Shown: positions 18,994 to 29,363, counted from the first letter of the stretch. The stretch is DNA of 64,000 nt from Acidimicrobiia bacterium (GCA_965216945.1 CBDCGU010000003.1:3868-67867), one strand, 5' to 3'. Numbers and translations: made by a program. Notes: generated by a model not told the origin, from the sequence alone.

Positions 18994-19847
18994 GCACCCT
19001 TCGGATCGCCCTTCCCAACAAGGGCAGGCTGGATCGACCCGCCACCGACCTGCTGCAACACAGCGGCATGCGATTCGAGAAGACGGAGCGCTCACTGTCC
19101 GTCCCGGTGTCCAACGTCGACATCGAATTGCTGTTCGTCCGCACCGAGGACATCCCCGAGCTCGTCGCCGACGGGGTTGCCGGCATGGGTATCACCGGTC
19201 TCGACCTGGTCCAGGAGGCAGGCCTACCCGTCACGGTCGCACTCGAACTCGGCTTCGGCCGCTGCCGGCTGGCGGCCGCCGTCGCCGCATCGTCGCCGAT
19301 CACCGACGTCTCGGAGTTCGACCGGCTCCGTATCGCGACGTCGCACCCCAACGTGACGGCCCGCTTCTTCGCGGACAAGGGCATCCCGATCACGCCCGTG
19401 CCGTTGCGCGGCTCGGTCGAGGTGGCCCCACGTCTCGATGTGGCCGACGCCGTGGTCGACCTCGTCTCGTCCGGTAGCACCATGCGAGTCAACGGCCTCC
19501 GACCCGTCGCCGTCCTCCTCGAATCACAAGCGGTCCTCATCGAGCGCTGCGATCTCGCCGGCGCCGAGGCCGACCTGGCGGCTCAGGTCGAGACGATGCT
19601 GCGCGCCGTACTCGCCGGGCGCCGGCGGCGCTATCTCCTCATGAACGCCAGGCGTGCCGACGTGCCAACCCTGGCCACGATCATCCCCGGCCTGGAGGCG
19701 CCGACCGTCGTCCCACTCGCCGAGGAGGGCATGGTGGCGCTGCATTCGGTTGTCGACGCCGACGAGGTCTGGTCCGTGCTTCCCCGGCTCGAGGAAGCCG
19801 GAGCGTCCGGGATCCTCGTGCTGCCCATCGAGCAGCTGATCCCGTGA
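18990..19847 (+). CDS. hisG: ATP phosphoribosyltransferase (long form)
   Basis: MSTLRIALPNKGRL...LLFVRTEDIPELVADGVAGMGITGLDL... plus the C-terminal regulatory domain. ATG 18990 overlaps the yerC stop. Confidence 0.85.
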   Translation: MSTLRIALPNKGRLDRPATDLLQHSGMRFEKTERSLSVPVSNVDIELLFVRTEDIPELVADGVAGMGITGLDLVQEAGLPVTVALELGFGRCRLAAAVAASSPITDVSEFDRLRIATSHPNVTARFFADKGIPITPVPLRGSVEVAPRLDVADAVVDLVSSGSTMRVNGLRPVAVLLESQAVLIERCDLAGAEADLAAQVETMLRAVLAGRRRRYLLMNARRADVPTLATIIPGLEAPTVVPLAEEGMVALHSVVDADEVWSVLPRLEEAGASGILVLPIEQLIP

Positions 19848-21145
19848 TGCGGCTGCGTACGATCGACTTGCGCTCCGCAGCTCCGGACGAGCTGGCCGCC
19901 GTGCTGCGCCGCTCGGCCGTCCCCGACCCGTCGATCCGCGGCCGCGCCGCGGAGATCGTGCACGCCGTGCGCACGGGCGGCGACGGTGCGCTCCACGCTG
20001 CAGCAACCCAGTTCGGCGGGAGCCCGGCCGGCGGTGCGATTCACGTCGACCGGAGCCGCCCCGCAGAAGCATGGCGCACCTCCCCCACCGGCCTCCGCAG
20101 TGCTCTGGAGCATGCCGCCCGCAACATCCGCATCGCCCACGAGCCGCAACGTCCCGTCGACGCCGAACTGGAGGTATCGCCCGGGGTCCAGGTCGATCGG
20201 CGCTGGACCCCGCTCAACCGCGTTGGCGTCTACGTCCCCGGCGGAATGGCGCCGTACCCGTCGTCGCTGCTGATGGGCGCCATACCCGCCCAAGTCGCCG
20301 GCGTGACCGAAGTCGTCGTCGCCACGCCGGCCGACGCCTCAGGCCGCGTCTCGGATGCCGTCCTCGCCACAGCAGGGATGCTTGGCATCACCGAGGTGTA
20401 TGCGATGGGCGGGGCACAGGCCGTGGGTGCGCTGGCTTACGGCACGGAAACGATCGACAGAGTCGACAAGATCGTCGGACCGGGCAGCGTCTGGGTGACG
20501 GCGGCCAAGCTCGCCGTGTATGGCGACTGCGCAGTCGACCTCCCTGCCGGACCGAGCGAGGCACTCGTGATGGCCGACGACGCGGCAGACGCTCGGCTCG
20601 TAGCCGCCGATCTGCTGTGCCAGGCCGAGCACGGCCCCGACTCGCCGGTGGTGCTCGTCACGACGTCTGCCGCACTGGCCGATGCCGTCGGCGCACAGCT
20701 CGACGACCTGTTGCCCCGCCTCGCTCGCCGCGACATCTTGCGCAAGGCGCTGGGTGACCACGGGCTCGTCGTCCACACCACCGACATCGCCCAAGCCGTC
20801 GCATTCGCCAACCGGTACGCCCCCGAGCACCTCTCCGTGCACACCCGAGACGCCCGCCGCGTTGCCAGAGGCATCACCGCTGCGGGATCGGTGTTTGTCG
20901 GAACCTGGTCGCCGGAGTCCGCCGGCGACTACGCCACCGGCGCCAATCACGTATTGCCCACCGGTGGCCTGGCGGGCAGCCACGGCCCGCTGTCAGTCGA
21001 GGATTTCGGCTCGTGGCGCCAGGTGCAGGAACTGACCCAAGATGGGCTGGCATCGTTGCGCTCGACGATCGCGACGCTCGCCGAGGCGGAAGGGCTCACC
21101 GCCCACCGGCTTGCGGTCGACATCCGATTCGAGGACAGGCGATGA
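19844..21145 (+). CDS. hisD: Histidinol dehydrogenase
   Basis: 433 aa with HisD motifs (VYVPGGMAPYPSSLLMGAIPAQVAGV, CQAEHGPDS, HLSVHTRDA). Its start overlaps the hisG stop. Confidence 0.9.
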   Translation: MMRLRTIDLRSAAPDELAAVLRRSAVPDPSIRGRAAEIVHAVRTGGDGALHAAATQFGGSPAGGAIHVDRSRPAEAWRTSPTGLRSALEHAARNIRIAHEPQRPVDAELEVSPGVQVDRRWTPLNRVGVYVPGGMAPYPSSLLMGAIPAQVAGVTEVVVATPADASGRVSDAVLATAGMLGITEVYAMGGAQAVGALAYGTETIDRVDKIVGPGSVWVTAAKLAVYGDCAVDLPAGPSEALVMADDAADARLVAADLLCQAEHGPDSPVVLVTTSAALADAVGAQLDDLLPRLARRDILRKALGDHGLVVHTTDIAQAVAFANRYAPEHLSVHTRDARRVARGITAAGSVFVGTWSPESAGDYATGANHVLPTGGLAGSHGPLSVEDFGSWRQVQELTQDGLASLRSTIATLAEAEGLTAHRLAVDIRFEDRR

Positions 21146-22194
21146 CCGTACCGCGCTACAAATGGCAGCCGACCACACCCGAGATCGCACGCAACGCCGG
21201 CATCGCCCCCTCCGCGGTCGTGCGTTTCGACCACAACACCTCGCCGTTCAGCACCGAATGGGCCGTGGACGTCGCCGTCGCTGCAGCCCGGTCCTTGAAC
21301 GAGTATCCCGGCGCCTCCTACCTTCCCATCCGGGAGGCGGCGGGGGCTCTCCACGGGCTTGCGCCGGAACAGGTGGCGGTTGGCGCAGGCGTCGATGAGC
21401 TGTTGCTGCTTGCCGGACGCACCTTCCTCGGGCCCGACAAGCGCAGCCTGGCGATCACGCCCTCCTACCCGCTGTACGAGATCGCATCACTGCAAGCAGG
21501 GGCCGGCTTCACCGAGGTCCCGGCGATCGGGCCCGAGCTGGTCCTTCCCGAGAATGCGCTCATCGAGGGGGCGCGCAACGCCGACGTGACGTGGCTCTGC
21601 GTCCCCGACAATCCCACCGGCAGCCGGATGGCGGACGACGTAGTCCGCGCCGTGATCGCCGCCACCGACGGGCTCGTGGTTCTCGACGCCGCATACGCCG
21701 AGTTCGCCGGAGACCACTGGTCGGAGTGGGTCGAGCGATACCACAACCTGCTCGTTCTCCACACGATGTCGAAGGGATTCGGCCTTGGTGGTCTCCGTGT
21801 GGGATACGGCCTCGGCCACCCCGACCTGGTCGATGCACTCGACGCCATGCGCCCGCCCGGGAGCATCGCAAGCTTGTCCGTCGAGATCGCCGTTGCCGCC
21901 CTGGCCGATCCGCAGCGCATGCGCAGCCAGGTCGCCGCCATCGTGGCGGAGCGTTCTGCTCTGGCGGCGAGGCTGAGCAACCTGGGCATTCATCCGCTGC
22001 CGTCGGACACCAACTTCATCCTGTGCGAAGTCGGCTCGCATGCCAGAGCGACGGCCGAGGCGCTGATGGGCGACGGCCTGGTGGTCCGGATGTATCCCGC
22101 AGACGGTCCCCTCGGTTCTCACCTACGCTTCACCGTCCGATCGCCCGATGAGAACGACCGCTTGATCGACGCCCTCAGGAGGAACCTGCCATGA
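21142..22194 (+). CDS. hisC: Histidinol-phosphate aminotransferase
   Basis: ATG 21142 overlaps the hisD stop (ATGA). Class-II aminotransferase with HTMSKGFGLGGLRVGY (PLP lysine). Confidence 0.85.
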   Translation: MTVPRYKWQPTTPEIARNAGIAPSAVVRFDHNTSPFSTEWAVDVAVAAARSLNEYPGASYLPIREAAGALHGLAPEQVAVGAGVDELLLLAGRTFLGPDKRSLAITPSYPLYEIASLQAGAGFTEVPAIGPELVLPENALIEGARNADVTWLCVPDNPTGSRMADDVVRAVIAATDGLVVLDAAYAEFAGDHWSEWVERYHNLLVLHTMSKGFGLGGLRVGYGLGHPDLVDALDAMRPPGSIASLSVEIAVAALADPQRMRSQVAAIVAERSALAARLSNLGIHPLPSDTNFILCEVGSHARATAEALMGDGLVVRMYPADGPLGSHLRFTVRSPDENDRLIDALRRNLP

Positions 22195-22790
22195 GCCGCT
22201 CGGCAACGAAGCATCGCAAGACCGCCGAGACCGAGGTTTCCGTGACGCTCGAGCTCGATGGCACCGGCAGTGCGACGGTGTCCACGGGAATCGGGTTCTT
22301 CGACCACCTGCTCGCCGCCCTCGCCCACCATGGGTTGTTCGACCTCACGCTGACCACCGTCGGGGACCTCGATGTCGACGACCACCACAGCGTCGAGGAC
22401 ACCGCACTCGTCCTGGGTTCGGCTTTCGCCGAGGCGCTGGGCCGGCGAGAGGGCATTGCTCGATACGGCGATGCGTCGGTCCCGATGGACGAGGCGCTGG
22501 CCACCGCGGTCGTCGACGTCGGTGGCCGGCCCTACGCCGTGATCGACCTTCGGTTCGCCGCCGATCGTATCGGGGCGTTGTCCACGCAGATGGTCCCTCA
22601 CGCCCTCGAGGCGCTGGCCCGCACCGCAGGGTTCACGCTCCACCTGACGGCGACAGGACGCAACGATCACCACATCGCCGAGGCGGCGTTCAAGGCCCTG
22701 GCACATGCATTGCGCAGCGCAGTGGCAGAGGACCCGCGCCGGTCCGGCATCGCATCGACGAAGGGAATCCCGGAGGAGCGATCACCATGA
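22191..22790 (+). CDS. hisB: Imidazoleglycerol-phosphate dehydratase
   Basis: RKTAETEVSVTLELDG...GFFDHLLAALAHHG...DDHHSVEDTALVLG...NDHHIAEAAFKALAHALR (IGPD motifs). Confidence 0.9.
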   Translation: MSRSATKHRKTAETEVSVTLELDGTGSATVSTGIGFFDHLLAALAHHGLFDLTLTTVGDLDVDDHHSVEDTALVLGSAFAEALGRREGIARYGDASVPMDEALATAVVDVGGRPYAVIDLRFAADRIGALSTQMVPHALEALARTAGFTLHLTATGRNDHHIAEAAFKALAHALRSAVAEDPRRSGIASTKGIPEERSP

Positions 22791-23404
22791 CCCGTATCGC
22801 CGTGGTCGACCACGGTGCCGGGAACCTGGTCTCGATCGCTCGCGGTCTGGAGCGAGCCGGTGCGACGGTTCTGGTGGTCGACGGGGCTGCACGATTCGGC
22901 GAAGCCAGCGGCGTCGTTTTACCCGGGGTGGGCACGACCGGTGCTGCGATGGAACGGCTGTCGGCCGCCGGCCTCGTCGAGCCGCTGCGGGAGTGGGCCG
23001 GACCATTGCTGGGAATCTGCGTCGGGCTCCAGCTCTTCTTCGAATCCTCAGACGAACAGGGAGGCACAGACGGACTCGGGCTCATCGGGGGCCGGGTGGA
23101 GCGCCTGGCCGGGGCACCACTTCTCCCCCACATCGGCTGGAACGATGTCACGACCAACGGCCACCCCGTCCTTGCCGGCATCCCCTCGGGGACGCCTTTC
23201 TACTTCGTGCACAGTTACGCACCGGTGCCGGCGAATCCCGATGTCGTGGTGGCAACGGCCGACTACGGGGAGACCTTCGTTGCGGCCGCTGCCTCCGCAG
23301 GACGAATCGGCGTTCAGTTCCACCCCGAGCGTTCCGGGGAGGCCGGGCTCCGGGTGCTGGCGAACTTCGTTGCGATCGCTGCGGCGGCCGAACGTGCTGC
23401 GTAA
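22787..23404 (+). CDS. hisH: Imidazole glycerol phosphate synthase, glutamine amidotransferase subunit
   Basis: [22 protein letters not shown]...GICVGLQLF...VQFHPERSG (class I GATase triad region). Confidence 0.9.
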   Translation: MTRIAVVDHGAGNLVSIARGLERAGATVLVVDGAARFGEASGVVLPGVGTTGAAMERLSAAGLVEPLREWAGPLLGICVGLQLFFESSDEQGGTDGLGLIGGRVERLAGAPLLPHIGWNDVTTNGHPVLAGIPSGTPFYFVHSYAPVPANPDVVVATADYGETFVAAAASAGRIGVQFHPERSGEAGLRVLANFVAIAAAAERAA

Positions 23405-24167
23405 GCGCATCATCCCCTGCCTCGACGTCCATGCCGGAAGGGTGGTGAAGGGAGTCCGGTTCGTCGACCTCGTCGACGAGGGCGATCCCGTCGAGCTGGC
23501 GGAACGCTACGTCGCCGAGGGGGCGGACGAGATCTGCTTTCTCGACATCACGGCGAGCCACGAGGGCCGGGATACGATGACCGACGTGATACGCCGCACC
23601 GCCCAGAACGTGTTCGTGCCGCTGACGGTGGGCGGTGGCGTTCGGTCGGTCGCGGACATGCGGGCGGTGCTCCGTGCCGGCGCGGACAAGGTGTCGGTCA
23701 ACACCGCCGCCGTCGAGCGTCCGGACCTGATCGACGAATGCGCCACTGCATTCGGCACGCAGTGTGTGGTGCTTGCGATCGATGCGAAGCGCAATGAGTC
23801 CGGGGTTGGATGGGAGGTCTATGTGCACGGAGGTCGCACTGCGACCGGACGCAACGCCGTGGCCTGGGCTGCCGAGGGTGTCGAACGTGGCGCCGGTGAG
23901 ATCCTGTTGACATCGATGGACCGCGACGGCACGAAGAAGGGGTACGACCTGGAGCTGCTCGAAGCCGTGCGAAGTGCGGTGACGGTCCCGGTGATCGCAT
24001 CAGGCGGCGCCGGCACCATCCAACATTGTGTGGAAGCCCTGCAACCGGGACGGGCCGATGCGGTGCTGGCTGCGTCGATCTTCCATCGTCGCGAGATCGC
24101 CATTGCGCATCTCAAGGCGGAGCTTGCGGCAGCCGGCGTACCCGTGCGTCAGGAGATGGTGACATGA
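23394..24167 (+). CDS. hisF: Imidazole glycerol phosphate synthase, cyclase subunit
   Basis: GTG 23394 ([12 protein letters not shown]...) overlaps hisH by 11 nt. HisF motifs are [19 protein letters not shown] and VIASGGAG. hisA is not in the expected hisH-hisA-hisF position. Confidence 0.85.
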   Translation: MLRKRIIPCLDVHAGRVVKGVRFVDLVDEGDPVELAERYVAEGADEICFLDITASHEGRDTMTDVIRRTAQNVFVPLTVGGGVRSVADMRAVLRAGADKVSVNTAAVERPDLIDECATAFGTQCVVLAIDAKRNESGVGWEVYVHGGRTATGRNAVAWAAEGVERGAGEILLTSMDRDGTKKGYDLELLEAVRSAVTVPVIASGGAGTIQHCVEALQPGRADAVLAASIFHRREIAIAHLKAELAAAGVPVRQEMVT

Positions 24168-24781
24168 CGGCGATTCGCTTCGACGCCACCGGGTTGGTCG
24201 CGGCCATCGTCCAGGATGCCCACACGGGGCGCGTGCTGATGCTCGGCTGGATGAACGCCGAGGCGATACGCCTCACCGAGTCGACTGGATCGGTGCACTT
24301 CTGGTCGCGGTCCCGCAACGAGCTGTGGAGAAAGGGAGCGACAAGCGGCAACACGCTCGAATTCGTCTCCATGGCTGCGGACTGCGACGGCGATGCGGTG
24401 CTCGTGCAGGCGATCCCGGCCGGCCCCACGTGCCACACCGGATCCGCATCCTGCTTCGACGACCTCCATGGCGCGACGCTGCAGGGCTTCATCGGGCTGG
24501 AGCCGCTCTGGGCCGTCATCACCTCGCGGGCCGCGGAGCGACCCGCCGGCAGCTACACGACGAGCCTCCTCGAAGGCGGCGTCGAGGCCGTCGCACGCAA
24601 GGTCACCGAGGAGGCGACTGAAGTGCTCCTCGCCGCCAAGGATCACGCCGTGGCCCGCGCAGACGACCGGCGTCTCGCCGAGGAGGCGGCCGATCTCCTC
24701 TACCACCTCTTCGTGCTGCTCGCCGAACGGGGGCTCGAGCCGCACAATGTGCTCGAACAGCTTCGTGCCCGGGCCCGCTGA
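24164..24781 (+). CDS. hisI: Bifunctional phosphoribosyl-AMP cyclohydrolase / phosphoribosyl-ATP pyrophosphatase
   Basis: ATG 24164 overlaps the hisF stop. N-terminal HisI region is [24 protein letters not shown]...[26 protein letters not shown]-terminal HisE region is [13 protein letters not shown]...[14 protein letters not shown]. Confidence 0.8.
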   Translation: MTAIRFDATGLVAAIVQDAHTGRVLMLGWMNAEAIRLTESTGSVHFWSRSRNELWRKGATSGNTLEFVSMAADCDGDAVLVQAIPAGPTCHTGSASCFDDLHGATLQGFIGLEPLWAVITSRAAERPAGSYTTSLLEGGVEAVARKVTEEATEVLLAAKDHAVARADDRRLAEEAADLLYHLFVLLAERGLEPHNVLEQLRARAR

Positions 24782-24926
24782 ATCGAGTAGCCGTTCCGGC
24801 GCTCGCGGCGTCGCCGGCTCCCGCATCACGATCTCGGCTCACTTCGGGTGCTTCATCGCTGCGGCGAGATGCCGTGGAGACCACGCTGCTACATTCTGCG
24901 CCTCGAAGCCACCTGGGGCGTGACGG

Positions 24927-26009
24927 TTGACGGAAGATCTGTCGAACAACGAGGGAACGGCGCCGCCCGGCGAGGCGGTGCAGCCACGATTCGGCAAGGA
25001 GCAGATCGTCGCCGGGGTCATCACCCTCGTGATCCTCGTCCTGGTCTTTGCGGTCGTTCTGCCACAGCTCGGCGACTACGGGGCGGCGTGGGACGCCATC
25101 AGCGGCATGGACACCTGGCAGCTGTCCTTCTTGATCGCGGCGACGCTCGTCATGCTCGTGTTCTACGTCTTCCCCTTCCAGGCGGCGTTGCCCGACTTGA
25201 GCTTCCGCCAGGGATTTCTCGTCCGCCAGACGTCGTTCATGATCAGCAACGTGATACCGGCCGGCGGCGCCTTCGGGCTGGCCGTGCAGTTCGGCATGCT
25301 GCAGAGCTACGGCTTCGGAGCCGCCCCCTCGACGGCGGCGATCGGGATCACGAGCCTGTGGAATGTGCTCATCACGCTCTCGCTCCCGGTCCTCGGCCTC
25401 ATCGCGTTGTTCGTCATCGGCGAAGGTGACGGTACGGCGGTCGGTCTCACCGTGCTCGCAACGGTGGTGATCGTGGTTCTCATCGCTGGATTGGCGCTCG
25501 TACTCCGCAAAGAGTCGACCGCCCGCAAGGTCGGTGCGTGGGGCAACAGCCTGATCCAGTGGGCGGCCCGTGTGGTGAAGAGGGACATCGACTTCGATGC
25601 GGCCGAGGCTCTCGTCGACTTCCGCGAGTCCATCATCGGAGTTGTCGCCGATCGCTGGCTCGTCATCACGCTGGCAAACCTCTTCCAGCACGTGACACAG
25701 TTCTCGATCCTCTACGTCGCCGTGCTCATACTCCAGGGCGGCTTCGACGGCCCGATCAGCCTGGCCGAAGCCTTTGCCGCATTCGCCTTCGGGCGTCTCG
25801 CCACCTTCGTCCCCGTGCCTCCGGGAGGTCTGGGCACGACGGATGCGATCATCGCCGGGCTGCTCACCCAGTTTGGGCTGCCCAACAACGATGCTTTGGC
25901 CGCCACCATGATCTGGAGGGCTGCGACGTTCTTCCCGCAGGTCGTCATCGGATTCTTTGCGTTCCTCGCATTCCAACGCGAGCAGAAGCGGTCGGCGGCC
26001 GCGGCCTGA
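24927..26009 (+). CDS. Flippase-like / lysylphosphatidylglycerol-synthase TM-region family (UPF0104) membrane protein
   Basis: 360 aa with ~8 predicted TM helices. C-terminal FGRLATFVPVPPGGLGTTDAIIAGLL pattern typical of the LPG_synthase_TM family. Confidence 0.6.
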   Translation: MTEDLSNNEGTAPPGEAVQPRFGKEQIVAGVITLVILVLVFAVVLPQLGDYGAAWDAISGMDTWQLSFLIAATLVMLVFYVFPFQAALPDLSFRQGFLVRQTSFMISNVIPAGGAFGLAVQFGMLQSYGFGAAPSTAAIGITSLWNVLITLSLPVLGLIALFVIGEGDGTAVGLTVLATVVIVVLIAGLALVLRKESTARKVGAWGNSLIQWAARVVKRDIDFDAAEALVDFRESIIGVVADRWLVITLANLFQHVTQFSILYVAVLILQGGFDGPISLAEAFAAFAFGRLATFVPVPPGGLGTTDAIIAGLLTQFGLPNNDALAATMIWRAATFFPQVVIGFFAFLAFQREQKRSAAAA

Positions 26010-26052
26010 CGACCCCGTGTGACGGGACCGCCCGGCCCACCGACCTTCGTAT

Positions 26053-27708
26053 TCAGTTCGACGGTACGGCGGCATCCATGCCGTCGGCCCAGGCACCTTC
26101 CTCACCGGCGGCACCGAGTGCGATGTCATGCCCGTTCTCGGTGGCGTCGAATCCATCGTCGGGTCTGTCGTCGATGTCACGCACGTTCATCCCGATGGCG
26201 GACACCGCCTTCCCGGGTCCCGCGTAGCCGCGAAGCCCGGACATCACCGTGCCGTGGGGAGCACGAATCTCGAATGGAACACCGTCGGTGTGCCCAAACG
26301 GTCCGATCGTGTTGCCGGTCACCGTCTCGAACCCCACCGACGTGATGACGGAGCGGTAGGTGCCGAACAGAGCCACGACGTCGTCGTCTCCGCCGAGGCG
26401 GAACGAGATCACGGTGGCGCCGTCATGATCGACGTGATCCGGGGTCACCGCACGATCGACCGGCTCAACCGATTCGAGCCCTGCACCGAGTGTCACGATG
26501 ACCCCCTGGACGCGCTCCAGTCGCTGGTTGAAGAAGCGCCCCGCTTCCCGGCCGAAGACCGGGCCGTAGGCGTGGCCGTGGGAGCGATGCGGTGCGATGT
26601 CGATCATCTTCGGCGACGAGGCGAGCCCGCGGCCATCGAACAACGTCACCGCATACGTTCCAGGAGACAGGATCGTCGGATCGGCCGGGATCGTGATGTT
26701 CAGCTCCCCGTCGCCATGGGCGAACTCGAGCTCGGCGAACCGCTGCTCGACGAGATCCCACGTGCGGGTGCCCCCGGTCTTCACGGCCGTGACCCTGACG
26801 ACGTTGTGCGCATCGGGTGTCGTCAGTGAGACCACGTCGCCGGGTGCCGCACCGGTCGGTCGCAACGATTCGATCCGCGGTGGATTGGCACCGCGTGGCA
26901 CGGGAGCGGCGAGACGGAACGCTCGATCCTTACCCTCCGGATCGACGAGATACGAGCCGTCGTCGAGACGCTCGGCCTGCCCGTGGAGCGGGCGCACGAC
27001 CCAGCCCTCCGCCTTCGACCACTTCTCCGTGTCCGGGTCCCAGATCTCGAGCGAGAGGCCCTCGGGCGTGCTGCGTGACCCTCCGTGACTCCCCACGGCC
27101 AGGATCCGCCCGTCGGCGAGCAGCGTGCCCATGACCCGTGGCGTGTGGCGATGCATCGGTGCCACCTCCCGCACGACGGGGCTCTTGGCGGACGTGTCGA
27201 TCGAAACCGTCCGTGTGGAGTGCCCCCCGAAGACGAGAATGCGATGCGGTGCGTACATGACGGCACCTGCTGCCGGCCCCCCTACTCCGACGTCCAGCTG
27301 CCCCCGCACCCTGAGGCGGAGCAGCCCGTCGAGAATGAGATAGAGCCTGCCCTCCGTGTCGATGCCGAAGATCCTCCCGTCACCGAGATCGAAGTTCTTC
27401 GGCGCTTCCGGGTGAATCGCTGCGGTGCTGAAGGGCAGCGCCACCGCCTCGTCGTCTTTGGTCAGCAGCTCGGCACGTTCATCGCCGTGGAGCCCACCTT
27501 GGACGTACACATCCCCCGTGATCAGTGTGATGGCCGTTTCGTACGGGCGAACAGATCGCCCTCGCGTCACGGCCGCGTCGTACCCCCTCATGCCGGAACC
27601 TGCATGATCCTGGCTCCTCCCTATTGCTCCCCACCCACGATGATACGCGACCCCACCGGCAATCAGAACAGGGAATCTCGACACCGATCGCATCGACGGT
27701 CGACGCAT
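26053..27708 (-). CDS. Galactose-oxidase-like kelch/beta-propeller protein with DUF1929 (E-set) and C-terminal jacalin-type lectin domain
   Basis: 551 aa. Kelch-like repeats, then the segment ELEFAHGDGELNITIPADPTILSPGTYAVTLFDGRGLASSPKMI (DUF1929-like), then VITSVGFETVTGNTIGPFGHTDGVPFEIRAPHGTVMSGLRGYAGPGKAVSAIGMNV (jacalin-like). Start uncertain. Confidence 0.5.
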   Translation of the reverse strand: MRRPSMRSVSRFPVLIAGGVAYHRGWGAIGRSQDHAGSGMRGYDAAVTRGRSVRPYETAITLITGDVYVQGGLHGDERAELLTKDDEAVALPFSTAAIHPEAPKNFDLGDGRIFGIDTEGRLYLILDGLLRLRVRGQLDVGVGGPAAGAVMYAPHRILVFGGHSTRTVSIDTSAKSPVVREVAPMHRHTPRVMGTLLADGRILAVGSHGGSRSTPEGLSLEIWDPDTEKWSKAEGWVVRPLHGQAERLDDGSYLVDPEGKDRAFRLAAPVPRGANPPRIESLRPTGAAPGDVVSLTTPDAHNVVRVTAVKTGGTRTWDLVEQRFAELEFAHGDGELNITIPADPTILSPGTYAVTLFDGRGLASSPKMIDIAPHRSHGHAYGPVFGREAGRFFNQRLERVQGVIVTLGAGLESVEPVDRAVTPDHVDHDGATVISFRLGGDDDVVALFGTYRSVITSVGFETVTGNTIGPFGHTDGVPFEIRAPHGTVMSGLRGYAGPGKAVSAIGMNVRDIDDRPDDGFDATENGHDIALGAAGEEGAWADGMDAAVPSN

Positions 27709-27720
27709 CGAAGGATCGTC

Positions 27721-28779
27721 TCAGTGGGTTCCCGGTTCGCGCTCGTCCCTCAGCTCCCGGGTCATGAGCTCCACGGCGACGACCTCCGGGTCCTTGTCTT
27801 CGTAGAGCACCCGGTACACCTGTTCCGTGATTGGCATGTCTACCCCGAGCCGAGTTGCCAGGGCGTGCGCCGCCTGTGTGGTCTTGACCCCCTCCGCCAC
27901 CATGTCCATCTCCGCCAAGATCTCCTCGAGCCTCTTGCCCCGGCCCAGCTGCTCGCCGACCGTGCGATTTCGCGACAGCGAGCCCGTACAGGTGAGCACG
28001 AGGTCGCCCATGCCCGAGAGCCCGGCGAAAGTGAGCGGATTGCCGCCTCGAGCCACCCCGAGGCGCGTGACCTCGGCGAGACCGCGTGTGATCAGTGCGG
28101 CCATGGTGTTGCTGCCGTAGCGGAGACCTTCGACGATTCCGGCAGCGATGGCGATCACGTTCTTCAGTGCTCCGCCCAGCTCCACACTGAGGACGTCGTC
28201 GGAGGAGTACACGCGGAAACGTGGGGTGGCGAAGAGGTCGCGAACGTCACGGGCATGCCGCGCCACGATGCTCGCCGCGACAACGGCAGTCGGATGCTCG
28301 GCCGCGACCTCCCGGGCGAACGACGGGCCGGAGAGGGTGGTGATGCCTCCGGCGATGGCGCCACCAATCACATCGCCGAAGATCTCGCCGGGAGTGAGCA
28401 GGGTTCCCACTTCGATCCCCTTGGACACCGTGACGAGACGTTGGGCGGCGCCGAAGCTTGCCGCCAGCGGCGCATACGTGTTGCGAATGAACTGGGTGGG
28501 AACGGCATTGACGATGACCTCTGCCGCCGTGAGCCCATCCCGGAGATCGGACACTGCCCGCAGTGACTCCGCAAGCTTGATGCCGGGAAGGAACACCGTG
28601 TTCTCCCTGCGCATGTTGATGCCGTCGACAACGTCGGGTTCGCGTGCCCAGATCGTTGTCGGCACGCCCTTGTGCGCCAGGAGATTGGCGAGCGCCGTGC
28701 CCCACGAGCCCGCTCCCACGACGCAGGTCCGCGCCAACTCCGTCACGTGCTTCCTCCGTCCCTCGGGTGGCCGCATGCT
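27721..28779 (-). CDS. gpsA: NAD(P)H-dependent glycerol-3-phosphate dehydrogenase
   Basis: VVGAGSWGTALANLL...GPSFAREVAAEHPTAVV...GALKNVIAIAAGIVEGL...TCTGSLSRNRTVGEQLGRGK. Start taken at ATG 28779 (MRPPEG...); upstream in-frame ATG at 28863 is also possible. Confidence 0.8.
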   Translation of the reverse strand, partial: SMRPPEGRRKHVTELARTCVVGAGSWGTALANLLAHKGVPTTIWAREPDVVDGINMRRENTVFLPGIKLAESLRAVSDLRDGLTAAEVIVNAVPTQFIRNTYAPLAASFGAAQRLVTVSKGIEVGTLLTPGEIFGDVIGGAIAGGITTLSGPSFAREVAAEHPTAVVAASIVARHARDVRDLFATPRFRVYSSDDVLSVELGGALKNVIAIAAGIVEGLRYGSNTMAALITRGLAEVTRLGVARGGNPLTFAGLSGMGDLVLTCTGSLSRNRTVGEQLGRGKRLEEILAEMDMVAEGVKTTQAAHALATRLGVDMPITEQVYRVLYEDKDPEVVAVELMTRELRDEREPGTH

Positions 28780-28871
28780 GCCACGACCGCGGACCCATCG
28801 TCCCCGACCGGATGTCCCTTCGCCGGTGCCGTCCGTCGGGATTCGAGCCCTTCGTCGATACACTGGACTCG

Positions 28872-29363
28872 GTGATCCGCCGCCGTCTCGCCGCCGTCGC
28901 GCTCGTTGCCCTCGCCGCCTCTGCTTGCTCGCCGAGCGACGTCGACATCGCCGCGGTCCCCGAACTGCCGGCCGTCAGATCCGAGGACGTCGCGACGCTC
29001 CTCGCCGCATCGACCCAGCCGGTCGTGCTGAACGTGTGGGCTTCCTGGTGCATCCCCTGCCGGTCGGAGGCCCCGCTGCTCGATCGAGCCTCGTCCCAGT
29101 TCTCTGACCGCATCCAGTTCCTCGGACTCAACGTACGCGACAGCCAGCCCGGGGCCCGCGAGTTCATCGCCGAGTTCTTGCCCGAGGCACCGTTCGATCA
29201 CCTCTTCGACTCCGCCGGCGACATCCCGGTCGATCTCGGTGGTTCCCGCGCCGTGCCGCTGACATTCTTCTACGCACCCGACGGTGCGCTCGTCGACCTG
29301 CACACGGGGGTGCTCGACGAGCGCACGCTGGCGCTTCAGATCGACGAGCTGCTGGCCCGGTAA
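28872..29363 (+). CDS. TlpA/ResA-like thiol:disulfide oxidoreductase lipoprotein (CxxC)
   Basis: GTG 28872 (VIRRRLAAVALVALAASACS, lipobox). Thioredoxin motif VVLNVWASWCIPCRSEAP. Confidence 0.6.
   Translation: MIRRRLAAVALVALAASACSPSDVDIAAVPELPAVRSEDVATLLAASTQPVVLNVWASWCIPCRSEAPLLDRASSQFSDRIQFLGLNVRDSQPGAREFIAEFLPEAPFDHLFDSAGDIPVDLGGSRAVPLTFFYAPDGALVDLHTGVLDERTLALQIDELLAR

Noticed and set aside
24603-26180. 525-aa minus-strand ORF
   Set aside because: Antisense shadow of the flippase-like membrane protein gene (24927-26009). Low-complexity R/E/D-rich translation.
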